A DNA stretch of 64,000 nt from Eledone cirrhosa. Lineage: Eukaryota. How positions within the stretch are numbered: position 1 is the stretch's first letter; the number at the start of each line of letters is the position of its first letter. The notes beneath the pieces were generated by a model. The model did no database searches. It was not told where the DNA came from and worked only from the letters and a program-made list of their open reading frames with translations. The position numbers were made by a program, and so were the translations under genes. Of this stretch, positions 1-11,781 are shown piece by piece. Location: positions 256,122,001 through 256,186,000 of the forward strand of contig OZ024741.1 in NCBI GenBank assembly GCA_964016885.1, given 5' to 3'.

Positions 1-348
1 TTCGGCTTACGAGTGTTTCGACTTACGAGTGTTCTGACTTACGAGTGTTCTGACTTACGAGTGTTCTTACTTACGAGTGTTCCGACTTACGAGTGTTCCG
101 ACTTACGAGTGTTTCGGCTTACGAGTGTTTCGGCTTACGAGTGTTTCGACTTACGAATGTTTCGACTTACGAGTGTTCCGACTTACGGGTGTTTCGACTT
201 ACGAGTGTTTTGGCTTACGGTGTTTCGGCTTACGAGTGTTTCGAGTTACGAGTGTTTTGACTTACACGTGTTTTGACATACGAGTGTTTCGACTTTACGA
301 GTGTTTCGGCTCACGATTGTTTCGACTTACGAGTGTTTCGACTTACGA

Positions 349-417
349 AAATAACAAATAGACGCGGTTTCAAATCTCTATGCTTTTCAAATTCATTACA
401 TTAATCTTTATTTATAC
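349..417 (+). repeat. 69-bp AT-rich conserved insert, copy 1 of 36
   Basis: AAATAACAAATAGACGCGGTTTCAAATCTCTATGCTTTTCAAATTCATTACATTAATCTTTATTTATAC (17/69 G+C) replaces the GT in TTACGA|GT|GTTTCG. Confidence 0.95.
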
Positions 418-1970
418 GTTTCGCTTTACGAGTGTTTCGTCTTACGAGTGTTTCGACATACGAGTGTTTCGGCTTACGAGTGTTTTGATTTACGAGTGTT
501 TTGACTTACGGGTGCTTCGACTTACGCGTGTTTTGACTTACGAGTGTTTCGACTTACGAGTGTTTCGACTTACGAGTGTTTCGGCTTACGAGTGTTTTGA
601 CTTACGAATGTTTTGACTTACGATTGTTTCGGCTTACGGGTGTTTCGACTTACGAATGTTTTTGCTTACGAGTGTTTCGGCTTACGAGTGTTTCGGCTTA
701 TGAGTGTTTCGAATTACGAGTGTTTTGACTTACGGGTGTTTTGACATACGAGTGTTTCGATACGATTGTTCTGACTTACGAGTGTTTCCGCTTACGAGTG
801 TTTCGGCTTACGAGTGTTTCGACTTACTAATGTTTTTACTTACGAGTGTTTCGGTGTACGAGTGTTTCGACTTAAGGATGTTTCGACTTACGAGTGTTTC
901 GACTTACGAGTGTTTCGACTTACGAGTGTTTCGACTTACGAGTGTTTTGGCTTACGAATGTTTTGACTTACGGGTGTTTCGACTTACGAGTGTTTCGGCT
1001 TATGAGTGTTTCGACTTACGGGCGTTTCGACTTACGAGTGTTTCGACTTACGAGTGTTTTGGCTTACGAATGTTTTGACTTACGGGTGTTTCGACTTACG
1101 AGTGTTTCGACTTATGAGTGTTTCGACTTACGAGTGTTTCGGCTTATGAGTGTTTCGACTTACGAGTGCTTCGGCTTACGAGTGTTTCGACTTACGAGTA
1201 TTTCGGCTTACGAGTGTTTCGACGTACGAATGTTTTGGGTTACGAGTGTTTCGGCTTATGAGTGTTTCGGCTTACGAGTGTTTCGACTTACGAGTGTTTC
1301 GGCTTACGAGTGTTTCAGTGTTTCGGCTTACGTGTGTTTCGACTTACGAGTGTTTCGACTTACGACTGTTTCGGCTTACGAGTGTTTCGGCTTACGAGTG
1401 TTTCGGCTTACGAGTGTTTTGACTTACGATTGTTTGGCTTACGAGTGTTCTGACTTACGGGTGTTCTGACTTACGGGTGTTCCGACTTACGAGTGTTTCG
1501 GCTTATGAGGGTTTCGACTTACGAGTGTTTCGACTTACGAGTGTTTCGGCTTACGAGTGTTTCGACTTACGAGTGTTCTGACTTACGAGTGTTCTGACTT
1601 ACGAGTGTTCTTACTTACGAGTGTTCCGACTTACGAGTGTTCCGACTTACGAGTGTTTCGGCTTACGAGTGTTTCGGCTTACGAGTGTTTCGACTTACGA
1701 ATGTTTCGACTTACGAGTGTTCCGACTTACGGGTGTTTCGACTTACGAGTGTTTTGGCTTACGGTGTTTCGGCTTACGAGTGTTTCGAGTTACGAGTGTT
1801 TTGACTTACACGTGTTTTGACATACGAGTGTTTCGATACGAGTGTTCTGACTTACGAGTGTTCTGACTTACGAGTGTTCTGACTTACGAGTGTTCTGACT
1901 TACGAGTGTTCCGACTTTACGAGTGTTTCGGCTCACGAGTGTTTCGACTTACGAGTGTTTCGACTTACGA

Positions 1971-2039
1971 AAATAACAAATAGACGCGGTTTCAAATCTC
2001 TATGCTTTTCAAATTCATTACATTAATCTTTATTTATAC
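1971..2039 (+). repeat. 69-bp AT-rich insert, copy 2
   Basis: Same sequence as 349-417. Confidence 0.95.
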
Positions 2040-3353
2040 GTTTCGCTTTACGAGTGTTTCGACTTACGAGTGTTTCGACATACGAGTGTTTCGGCTTACG
2101 AGTGTTTTGATTTACGAGTGTTTTGACTTACGGGTGCTTCGACTTACGCGTGTTTTGACTTACGAGTGTTTCGACTTACGAGTGTTTCGACTTACGAGTG
2201 TTTCGGCTTACGAGTGATTTGACTTACGAATGTTTTGACTTACGATTGTTTCGGCTTACGAGTGTTTCGACTTACGAGTGTTCTGATTACGAGTGTTCTG
2301 ACTTACGGGTGTTCTGACTTACGAGTGTTCCGACTTACGAGTGTTTCGGCTTATGAGTGTTTCGACTTACGAGTGCTTCGACTTACGAGTGTTTCGGCTT
2401 ACGGGTGTTTCGGCTTATGAGTGTTTCGGCTTATGAGTGTTTCGACTTACGAGTGTTTTGACTTACGGGCGTTTCGACTTACGAGTGTTTCGACTTATGA
2501 GTGTTTCGACTTACGAGTGTTTCGGCTTATGAGTGTTTCGACTTACGAGTGCTTCGGCTTACGAGTGTTTCGACTTACGAGTATTTCGGCTTACGAGTGT
2601 TTCGACGTACGAATGTTTTGGGTTACGAGTGTTTCGGCTTATGAGTGTTTCGGCTTACGAGTGTTTCGACTTACGAGTGTTTCGGCTTACGAGTGTTTCA
2701 GTGTTTCGGCTTACGTGTGTTTCGACTTACGAGTGTTTCGACTTACGACTGTTTCGGCTTACGAGTGTTTCGGCTTACGAGTGTTTCGGCTTACGAGTGT
2801 TTTGACTTACGATTGTTTGGCTTACGAGTGTTCTGACTTACGGGTGTTCTGACTTACGGGTGTTCCGACTTACGAGTGTTTCGGCTTATGAGGGTTTCGA
2901 CTTACGAGTGTTTCGACTTACGAGTGTTTCGGCTTACGAGTGTTTCGACTTACGAGTGTTCTGACTTACGAGTGTTCTGACTTACGAGTGTTCTTACTTA
3001 CGAGTGTTCCGACTTACGAGTGTTCCGACTTACGAGTGTTTCGGCTTACGAGTGTTTCGGCTTACGAGTGTTTCGACTTACGAATGTTTCGACTTACGAG
3101 TGTTCCGACTTACGGGTGTTTCGACTTACGAGTGTTTTGGCTTACGGTGTTTCGGCTTACGAGTGTTTCGAGTTACGAGTGTTTTGACTTACACGTGTTT
3201 TGACATACGAGTGTTTCGATACGAGTGTTCTGACTTACGAGTGTTCTGACTTACGAGTGTTCTGACTTACGAGTGTTCTGACTTACGAGTGTTCCGACTT
3301 TACGAGTGTTTCGGCTCACGAGTGTTTCGACTTACGAGTGTTTCGACTTACGA

Positions 3354-3422
3354 AAATAACAAATAGACGCGGTTTCAAATCTCTATGCTTTTCAAATTCA
3401 TTACATTAATCTTTATTTATAC
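3354..3422 (+). repeat. 69-bp AT-rich insert, copy 3
   Basis: Same sequence as 349-417. Confidence 0.95.
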
Positions 3423-4798
3423 GTTTCGCTTTACGAGTGTTTCGACTTACGAGTGTTTCGACATACGAGTGTTTCGGCTTACGAGTGTTTTGATTTACGA
3501 GTGTTTTGACTTACGGGTGCTTCGACTTACGCGTGTTTTGACTTACGAGTGTTTCGACTTACGAGTGTTTCGACTTACGAGTGTTTCGGCTTACGAGTGA
3601 TTTGACTTACGAATGTTTTGACTTACGATTGTTTCGGCTTACGAGTGTTTCGACTTACGAGTGTTCTGATTACGAGTGTTCTGACTTACGGGTGTTCTGA
3701 CTTACGAGTGTTCCGACTTACGAGTGTTTCGGCTTATGAGTGTTTCGACTTACGAGTGCTTCGACTTACGAGTGTTTCGGCTTACGGGTGTTTCGGCTTA
3801 TGAGTGTTTCGGCTTATGAGTGTTTCGACTTACGAGTGTTTTGACTTACGGATGTTTTGACATACGAGTGTTTCGATACGATTGTTCTGACTTACGAGTG
3901 TTTCCGCTTACGAGTGTTTCGGCTTACGAGTGTTTCGACTTACTAATGTTTTTACTTACGAGTGTTTCGGTGTACGAGTGTTTCGACTTAAGGATGTTTC
4001 GACTTACGAGTGTTTCGGCTTATGAGTGTTTCGACTTACGAGTGCTTCGGCTTACGAGTGTTTCGACTTACGAGTATTTCGGCTTACGAGTGTTTCGACG
4101 TACGAATGTTTTGGCTTACGAGTGTTTCGGCTTATGAGTGTTTCGGCTTACGAGTGTTTCGACTTACGAGTGTTTCGGCTTACGAGTGTTTCAGTGTTTC
4201 GGCTTACGTGTGTTTTGACTTACGAGTGTTTCGACTTACGACTGTTTCGGCTTACGAGTGTTTCGGCTTACGAGTGTTTCGGCTTACGAGTGTTTTGACT
4301 TACGATTGTTTGGCTTACGAGTGTTCTGACTTACGGGTGTTATGACTTACGAGTGTTCCGACTTACGAGTGTTTCGGCTTATGAGGGTTTCGACTTACGA
4401 GTGCTTCGGTTTACGAGTGTTTCGACTTACGAGTGTTTCGGCTTACGAGTGTTTCGACTTACGAGTGTTTCGACTTACGAGTGTTTTGACTTACGGTGTT
4501 TCGGCTTACGAGTGTTTCGACATACGAGTGTTTTGACGTACGGGTGTTTCGACTTACGGGTCTTTCGACTTAAGAGTGTTTCGACTTACGAGCGCTTCGA
4601 CTTACGAGTGTTTCGACTTACGAGTGTTTTGACTTACACGTGTTTTGACATACGAGTGTTTCGATACGAGTGATTCGGCTCACGATTGTTTCGACTTACG
4701 AGTGTTCTGACTTACGAGTGTTCTGACTTACGAGTGTTCCGACTTTACGAGTGTTTCGGCTCACGAGTGTTTCGGCTTACGAGTGTTTCGACTTACGA

Positions 4799-4867
4799 AA
4801 ATAACAAATAGACGCGGTTTCAAATCTCTATGCTTTTCAAATGCATTACATTAATCTTTATTTATAC
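4799..4867 (+). repeat. 69-bp AT-rich insert, copy 4
   Basis: Same sequence except T>G at 4843 (AAATGCATT). Confidence 0.95.
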
Positions 4868-5951
4868 GTTTCGCTTTACGAGTGTTTCGACTTACGAGTG
4901 TTTCGACATACGAGTGTTTCGGCTTACGAGTGTTTTGATTTACGAGTGTTTTGACTTACGGGTGCTTCGACTTACGCGTGTTTCGACTTACGAGTGTTTC
5001 GACTTACGAGTGTTTCGACTTACGAGTGTTTCGGCTTACGAGTGTTTTGACTTACGATTGTTTCAGCTTACGAGTGTTTCGACTTACGAGTGTTCTGACT
5101 ACGAGTGTTCTGATTTACGGGTGTTCTGACTTACGAGTGTTCCGACTTACGAGTGTTTCGGCTTATGAGTGTTTCGACTTACGAGTGCTTCGACTTACGA
5201 GTGTTTCGGCTTACGGGTGTTTCGACTTACGAATGTTTTTGCTTACGAGTGTTTCGGCTTACGAGTGTTTCGGCTTATGAGTGTTTCGACTTACGAGTGT
5301 TTCGACTTACGAGTGTTTCGACTTACGAGTGTTTCGGCTTACGAGTGTTTTGACTTACGATTGTTTCAGCTTACGAGTGTTTCGACTTACGAGTGTTCTG
5401 ACTACGAGTGTTCTGATTTACGGGTGTTCTGACTTACGAGTGTTCCGACTTACGAGTGTTTCGGCTTATGAGTGTTTCGACTTACGAGTGCTTCGACTTA
5501 CGAGTGTTTCGGCTTACGGGTGTTTCGACTTACGAATGTTTTTGCTTACGAGTGTTTCGGCTTACGAGTGTTTCGGCTTATGAGTGTTTCGACTTACGAG
5601 TGTTTTGACTTACGGGTGTTCTGACTTACGAGTGTTTCGGCTTACGAGTGTTTCGGCTTATGAGTGTTTCGACTTACGAGTGTTTTGACTTACGAGTGTT
5701 CCGACTTACGAGTGTTTCGGCTTACGAGTGTTTCGGCTTACGAGTGTTTCGACTTACGAATGTTTCGACTTACGAGTGTTCCGACTTACGGGTGTTTCGA
5801 CTTACGAGTGTTTTGGCTTACGGTGTTTCGGCTTACGAGTGTTTCGAGTTACGAGTGTTTTGACTTACACGTGTTTTGACATACGAGTGTTTCGACTTTA
5901 CGAGTGTTTCGGCTCACGATTGTTTCGACTTACGAGTGTTTCGACTTACGA

Positions 5952-6020
5952 AAATAACAAATAGACGCGGTTTCAAATCTCTATGCTTTTCAAATTCATT
6001 ACATTAATCTTTATTTATAC
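5952..6020 (+). repeat. 69-bp AT-rich insert, copy 5
   Basis: Same sequence as 349-417. Confidence 0.95.
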
Positions 6021-7573
6021 GTTTCGCTTTACGAGTGTTTCGACTTACGAGTGTTTCGACATACGAGTGTTTCGGCTTACGAGTGTTTTGATTTACGAGT
6101 GTTTTGACTTACGGGTGCTTCGACTTACGCGTGTTTTGACTTACGAGTGTTTCGACTTACGAGTGTTTCGACTTACGAGTGTTTCGGCTTACGAGTGTTT
6201 TGACTTACGAATGTTTTGACTTACGATTGTTTCGGCTTACGGGTGTTTCGACTTACGAATGTTTTTGCTTACGAGTGTTTCGGCTTACGAGTGTTTCGGC
6301 TTATGAGTGTTTCGAATTACGAGTGTTTTGACTTACGGGTGTTTTGACATACGAGTGTTTCGATACGATTGTTCTGACTTACGAGTGTTTCCGCTTACGA
6401 GTGTTTCGGCTTACGAGTGTTTCGACTTACTAATGTTTTTACTTACGAATGTTTCGGTGTACGAGTGTTTCGACTTAAGGATGTTTCGACTTACGAGTGT
6501 TTCGACTTACGAGTGTTTCGACTTACGAGTGTTTCGACTTACGAGTGTTTTGGCTTACGAATGTTTTGACTTACGGGTGTTTCGACTTACGAGTGTTTCG
6601 GCTTATGAGTGTTTCGACTTACGGGCGTTTCGACTTACGAGTGTTTCGACTTACGAGTGTTTTGGCTTACGAATGTTATGACTTACGGGTGTTTCGACTT
6701 ACGAGTGTTTCGACTTATGAGTGTTTCGACTTACGAGTGTTTCGGCTTATGAGTGTTTCGACTTACGAGTGCTTCGGCTTACGAGTGTTTCGACTTACGA
6801 GTATTTCGGCTTACGAGTGTTTCGACGTACGAATGTTTTGGCTTACGAGTGTTTCGGCTTATGAGTGTTTCGGCTTACGAGTGTTTCGACTTACGAGTGT
6901 TTCGGCTTACGAGTGTTTCAGTGTTTCGGCTTACGTGTGTTTCGACTTACGAGTGTTTCGACTTACGACTGTTTCGGCTTACGAGTGTTTCGGCTTACGA
7001 GTGTTTCGGCTTACGAGTGTTTTGACTTACGATTGTTTGGCTTACGAGTGTTCTGACTTACGGGTGTTCTGACTTACGGGTGTTCCGACTTACGAGTGTT
7101 TCGGCTTATGAGGGTTTCGACTTACGAGTGTTTCGACTTACGAGTGTTTCGGCTTACGAGTGTTTCGACTTACGAGTGTTCTGACTTACGAGTGTTCTGA
7201 CTTACGAGTGTTCTTACTTACGAGTGTTCCGACTTACGAGTGTTCCGACTTACGAGTGTTTCGGCTTACGAGTGTTTCGGCTTACGAGTGTTTCGACTTA
7301 CGAATGTTTCGACTTACGAGTGTTCCGACTTACGGGTGTTTCGACTTACGAGTGTTTTGGCTTACGGTGTTTCGGCTTACGAGTGTTTCGAGTTACGAGT
7401 GTTTTGACTTACACGTGTTTTGACATACGAGTGTTTCGATACAAGTGTTCTGACTTACGAGTGTTCTGACTTACGAGTGTTCTGACTTACGAGTGTTCTG
7501 ACTTACGAGTGTTCCGACTTTACGAGTGTTTCGGCCCACGAGTGTTTCGACTTACGAGTGTTTCGACTTACGA

Positions 7574-7642
7574 AAATAACAAATAGACGCGGTTTCAAAT
7601 CTCTATGCTTTTCAAATTCATTACATTAATCTTTATTTATAC
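7574..7642 (+). repeat. 69-bp AT-rich insert, copy 6
   Basis: Same sequence as 349-417. Confidence 0.95.
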
Positions 7643-9179
7643 GTTTCGCTTTACGAGTGTTTCGACTTACGAGTGTTTCGACATACGAGTGTTTCGGCTT
7701 ACGAGTGTTTTGATTTACGAGTGTTTTGACTTACGGGTGCTTCGACTTACGCGTGTTTTGACTTACGAGTGTTTCGACTTACGAGTGTTTCGACTTACGA
7801 GTGTTTCGGCTTACGAGTGATTTGACTTACGAATGTTTTGACTTACGATTGTTTCGGCTTACGAGTGTTTCGACTTACGAGTGTTCTGATTACGAGTGTT
7901 CTGACTTACGGGTGTTCTGACTTACGAGTGTTCCGACTTACGAGTGTTTCGGCTTATGAGTGTTTCGACTTACGAGTGCTTCGACTTACGAGTGTTTCGG
8001 CTTACGGGTGTTTCGGCTTATGAGTGTTTCGGCTTATGAGTGTTTCGACTTACGAGTGTTTTGACTTACGGATGTTTTGACATACGAGTGTTTCGATACG
8101 ATTGTTCTGACTTACGAGTGTTTCCGCTTACGAGTGTTTCGGCTTACGAGTGTTTCGACTTACTAATGTTTTTACTTACGAGTGTTTCGGTGTACGAGTG
8201 TTTCGACTTAAGGATGTTTCGACTTACGAGTGTTTCGGCTTATGAGTGTTTCGACTTACGAGTGCTTCGGCTTACGAGTGTTTCGACTTACGAGTATTTC
8301 GGCTTACGAGTGTTTCGACGTACGAATGTTTTGGCTTACGAGTGTTTCGGCTTATGAGTGTTTCGGCTTACGAGTGTTTCGACTTACGAGTGTTTCGGCT
8401 TACGAGTGTTTCAGTGTTTCGGCTTACGTGTGTTTCGACTTACGAGTGTTTCGACTTACGACTGTTTCGGCTTACGAGTGTTTCGGCTTACGAGTGTTTC
8501 GGCTTACGAGTGTTTTGATTTACGATTGTTTGGCTTACGAGTGTTCTGACTTACGGGTGTTATGACTTACGAGTGTTCCGACTTACGAGTGTTTCGGCTT
8601 ATGAAGGTTTCGACTTACGAGTGCTTCGGCTTACGAGTGTTTCGACTTACCAGTGTTTCGGCTTACGAGTGTTTCGACTTACGAGTGTTTCGACTTACGA
8701 GTGTTTTGACTTACGGTGTTTCGGCTTACGAGTGTTTCGACATACGAGTGTTTTGACGTACGGGTGTTTCGACTTACGGGTCTTTCGACTTAAGAGTGTT
8801 TCGACTTACGAGCGCTTCGACTTACGAGTGTTTCGACTTACGAGTGTTTCGGCGTATGAGTGTTTTGACTTACGAGTGTTTCGACTTACGAGTGTTTCGA
8901 CTTACGAGTGTTTCGAATTACGAGTGTTTCGACTTACGAGTGTTCCGACTTACGGGTGTTTTGAGTTAGGAGTGTTTTGGCTTACGGTGTTTCGACTTAC
9001 GAGTGTTTCGAGTTAAGAGTGTTTTTACTTACGAGTGTTCTGATTTACGAGTGTTCTGACTTACGAGTGTTCTGACTTACGAGTGTTCTGACTTACGAGT
9101 GTTCTGACTTACGAGTGTTCCGACTTTACGAGTGATTCGGGTCACGAGTGTTTCGGCTTACGAGTGTTTCGACTTACGA

Positions 9180-9248
9180 AAATAACAAATAGACGCGGTT
9201 TCAAATCTCTATGCTTTTCAAATTCATTACATTAATCTTTATTTATAC
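9180..9248 (+). repeat. 69-bp AT-rich insert, copy 7
   Basis: Same sequence as 349-417. Confidence 0.95.
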
Positions 9249-9995
9249 GTTTCGCTTTACGAGTGTTTCGACTTACGAGTGTTTCGACATACGAGTCTTT
9301 CGACTTACGAATGTTTTTGCTTACGGGTGTTTCGACTTACGAATGTTTTTGCTTACGAGTGTTTCGGTTTACGAGTGTTCCGACTTACGAGTGTTCCGAC
9401 TTACGAGTGTCTCGGCTTACGAGTGTTTCCGGCTTACGAGTGTTTCAACTTACGAGTGTTCTGACTTACGAGTGTTCTGATTTACGGATGTTTCGACACA
9501 CGAGTGTTTCGAATTACGAGTGTTTCGACTTACGAGTGTTTTGACTTACGGGTGTTTTGACATACGAGTGTTTCGATACGAGTGTTTCGACTTACGAGTG
9601 TTCTGACTTACGAGTGTTCTGACTTACGAGTGTTCTTACTTACGAGTGTTCCGACTTACGAGTGTTCCGACTTACGAGTGTTTCGGCATACGAGTGTTTC
9701 GGCTTACGAGTGTTTCGACTTACGAATGTTTCGACTTACGAGTGTTCCGACTTACGGGTGTTTCGACTTACGAGTGTTTTGGCTTACGGTGTTTCGGCTT
9801 ACGAGTGTTTCGAGTTACGAGTGTTTTGACTTACACGTGTTTTGACATACGAGTGTTTCGATACGAGTGTTCTGACTTACGAGTGTTCTGACTTACGAGT
9901 GTTCTGACTTACGAGTGTTCTGACTTACGAGTGTTCCGACTTTACGAGTGTTTCGGCTCACGAGTGTTTCGGCTTACGAGTGTTTCGACTTACGA

Positions 9996-10064
9996 AAATA
10001 ACAAATAGACGCGGTTTCAAATCTCTATGCTTTTCAAATTCATTACATTAATCTTTATTTATAT
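9996..10064 (+). repeat. 69-bp AT-rich insert, copy 8
   Basis: Same sequence except terminal C>T at 10064 (TATATG). Confidence 0.95.
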
Positions 10065-11712
10065 GTTTCGCTTTACGAGTGTTTCGACTTACGAGTGTTT
10101 CGACATACGAGTGTTTCGGCTTACGAGTGTTTTGATTTACGAGTGTTTTGACTTACGGGTGCTTCGACTTACGCGTGTTTCGACTTACGAGTGTTTCGAC
10201 TTACGAGTGTTTCGACTTACGAGTGTTTCGGCTTACGAGTGTTTTGACTTACGAAGTTTTGACTTACGATTGTTTCAGCTTACGAGTGTTTCGACTTACG
10301 AGTGTTCTGACTACGAGTGTTCTGATTTACGGGTGTTCTGACTTACGAGTGTTCCGACTTACGAGTGTTTCGGCTTATGAGTGTTTCGACTTACGAGTGC
10401 TTCGACTTACGAGTGTTTCGGCTTACGGGTGTTTCGACTTACGAATGTTTTTGCTTACGAGTGTTTCGGCTTACGAGTGTTTCGGCTTATGAGTGTTTCG
10501 ACTTACGAGTGTTTTGACTTACGAGTGTTTCGGCTTACGGGTGTTTCGGCTTATGAGTGTTTCGGCTTATGAGTGTTTCGACTTACGAGTGTTTTGACTT
10601 ACGGATGTTTTGACATACGAGTGTTTCGATACGATTGTTCTGACTTACGAGTGTTTCCGCTTACGAGTGTTTCGGCTTACGAGTGTTTCGACTTACTAAT
10701 GTTTTTACTTACGAGTGTTTCGGTGTACGAGTGTTTCGACTTAAGGATGTTTCGACTTACGAGTGTTTCGGCTTATGAGTGTTTCGACTTACGAGTGCTT
10801 CGGCTTACGAGTGTTTCGACTTACGAGTATTTCGGCTTACGAGTGTTTCGACGTACGAATGTTTTGGCTTACGAGTGTTTCGGCTTATGAGTGTTTCGGC
10901 TTACGAGTGTTTCGACTTACGAGTGTTTCGGCTTACGAGTGTTTCAGTGTTTCGGCTTACGTGTGTTTCGACTTACGAGTGTTTCGACTTACGACTGTTT
11001 CGGCTTACGAGTGTTTCGGCTTACGAGTGTTTCGGCTTACGAGTGTTTTGATTTACGATTGTTTGGCTTACGAGTGTTCTGACTTACGGGTGTTATGACT
11101 TACGAGTGTTCCGACTTACGAGTGTTTCGGCTTATGAAGGTTTCGACTTACGAGTGCTTCGGCTTACGAGTGTTTCGACTTACCAGTGTTTCGGCTTACG
11201 AGTGTTTCGACTTACGAGTGTTTCGACTTACGAGTGTTTTGACTTACGGTGTTTCGGCTTACGAGTGTTTCGACATACGAGTGTTTTGACGTACGGGTGT
11301 TTCGACTTACGGGTCTTTCGACTTAAGAGTGTTTCGACTTACGAGCGCTTCGACTTACGAGTGTTTCGACTTACGAGTGTTTCGGCGTATGAGTGTTTTG
11401 ACTTACGAGTGTTTCGACTTACGAGTGTTTCGACTTACGAGTGTTTCGAATTACGAGTGTTTCGACTTACGAGTGTTCCGACTTACGGGTGTTTTGAGTT
11501 AGGAGTGTTTTGGCTTACGGTGTTTCGACTTACGAGTGTTTCGAGTTAAGAGTGTTTTTACTTACGAGTGTTCTGATTTACGAGTGTTCTGACTTACGAG
11601 TGTTCTGACTTACGAGTGTTCTGACTTACGAGTGTTCTGACTTACGAGTGTTCCGACTTTACGAGTGATTCGGGTCACGAGTGTTTCGGCTTACGAGTGT
11701 TTCGACTTACGA

Positions 11713-11781
11713 AAATAACAAATAGACGCGGTTTCAAATCTCTATGCTTTTCAAATTCATTACATTAATCTTTATTTATAC
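11713..11781 (+). repeat. 69-bp AT-rich insert, copy 9
   Basis: Same sequence as 349-417. Confidence 0.95.

Noticed and set aside
345-420. Insert as a MITE or hairpin (AAATAA...TTATTT ends; ATAGA...TCTAT)
   Set aside because: Inverted matches are only 5-6 bp of AT-rich sequence, there is no target-site duplication, and all copies share one junction.
380-616. MLFKFITLIFIY... ORFs with a signal-peptide-like hydrophobic start
   Set aside because: The hydrophobic run is the translation of T-rich insert DNA. Downstream length and frame vary between copies, and several copies are frameshifted or truncated right after the insert.
9180-9995. 816-bp unit equals exactly 51 x 16, suggesting phase conservation across inserts
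   Set aside because: Other spacings leave varied remainders mod 16 (1622:6, 1383:7, 1668:4, 577:1), so phase is not conserved. The five 816-bp units are copies of one ancestor.
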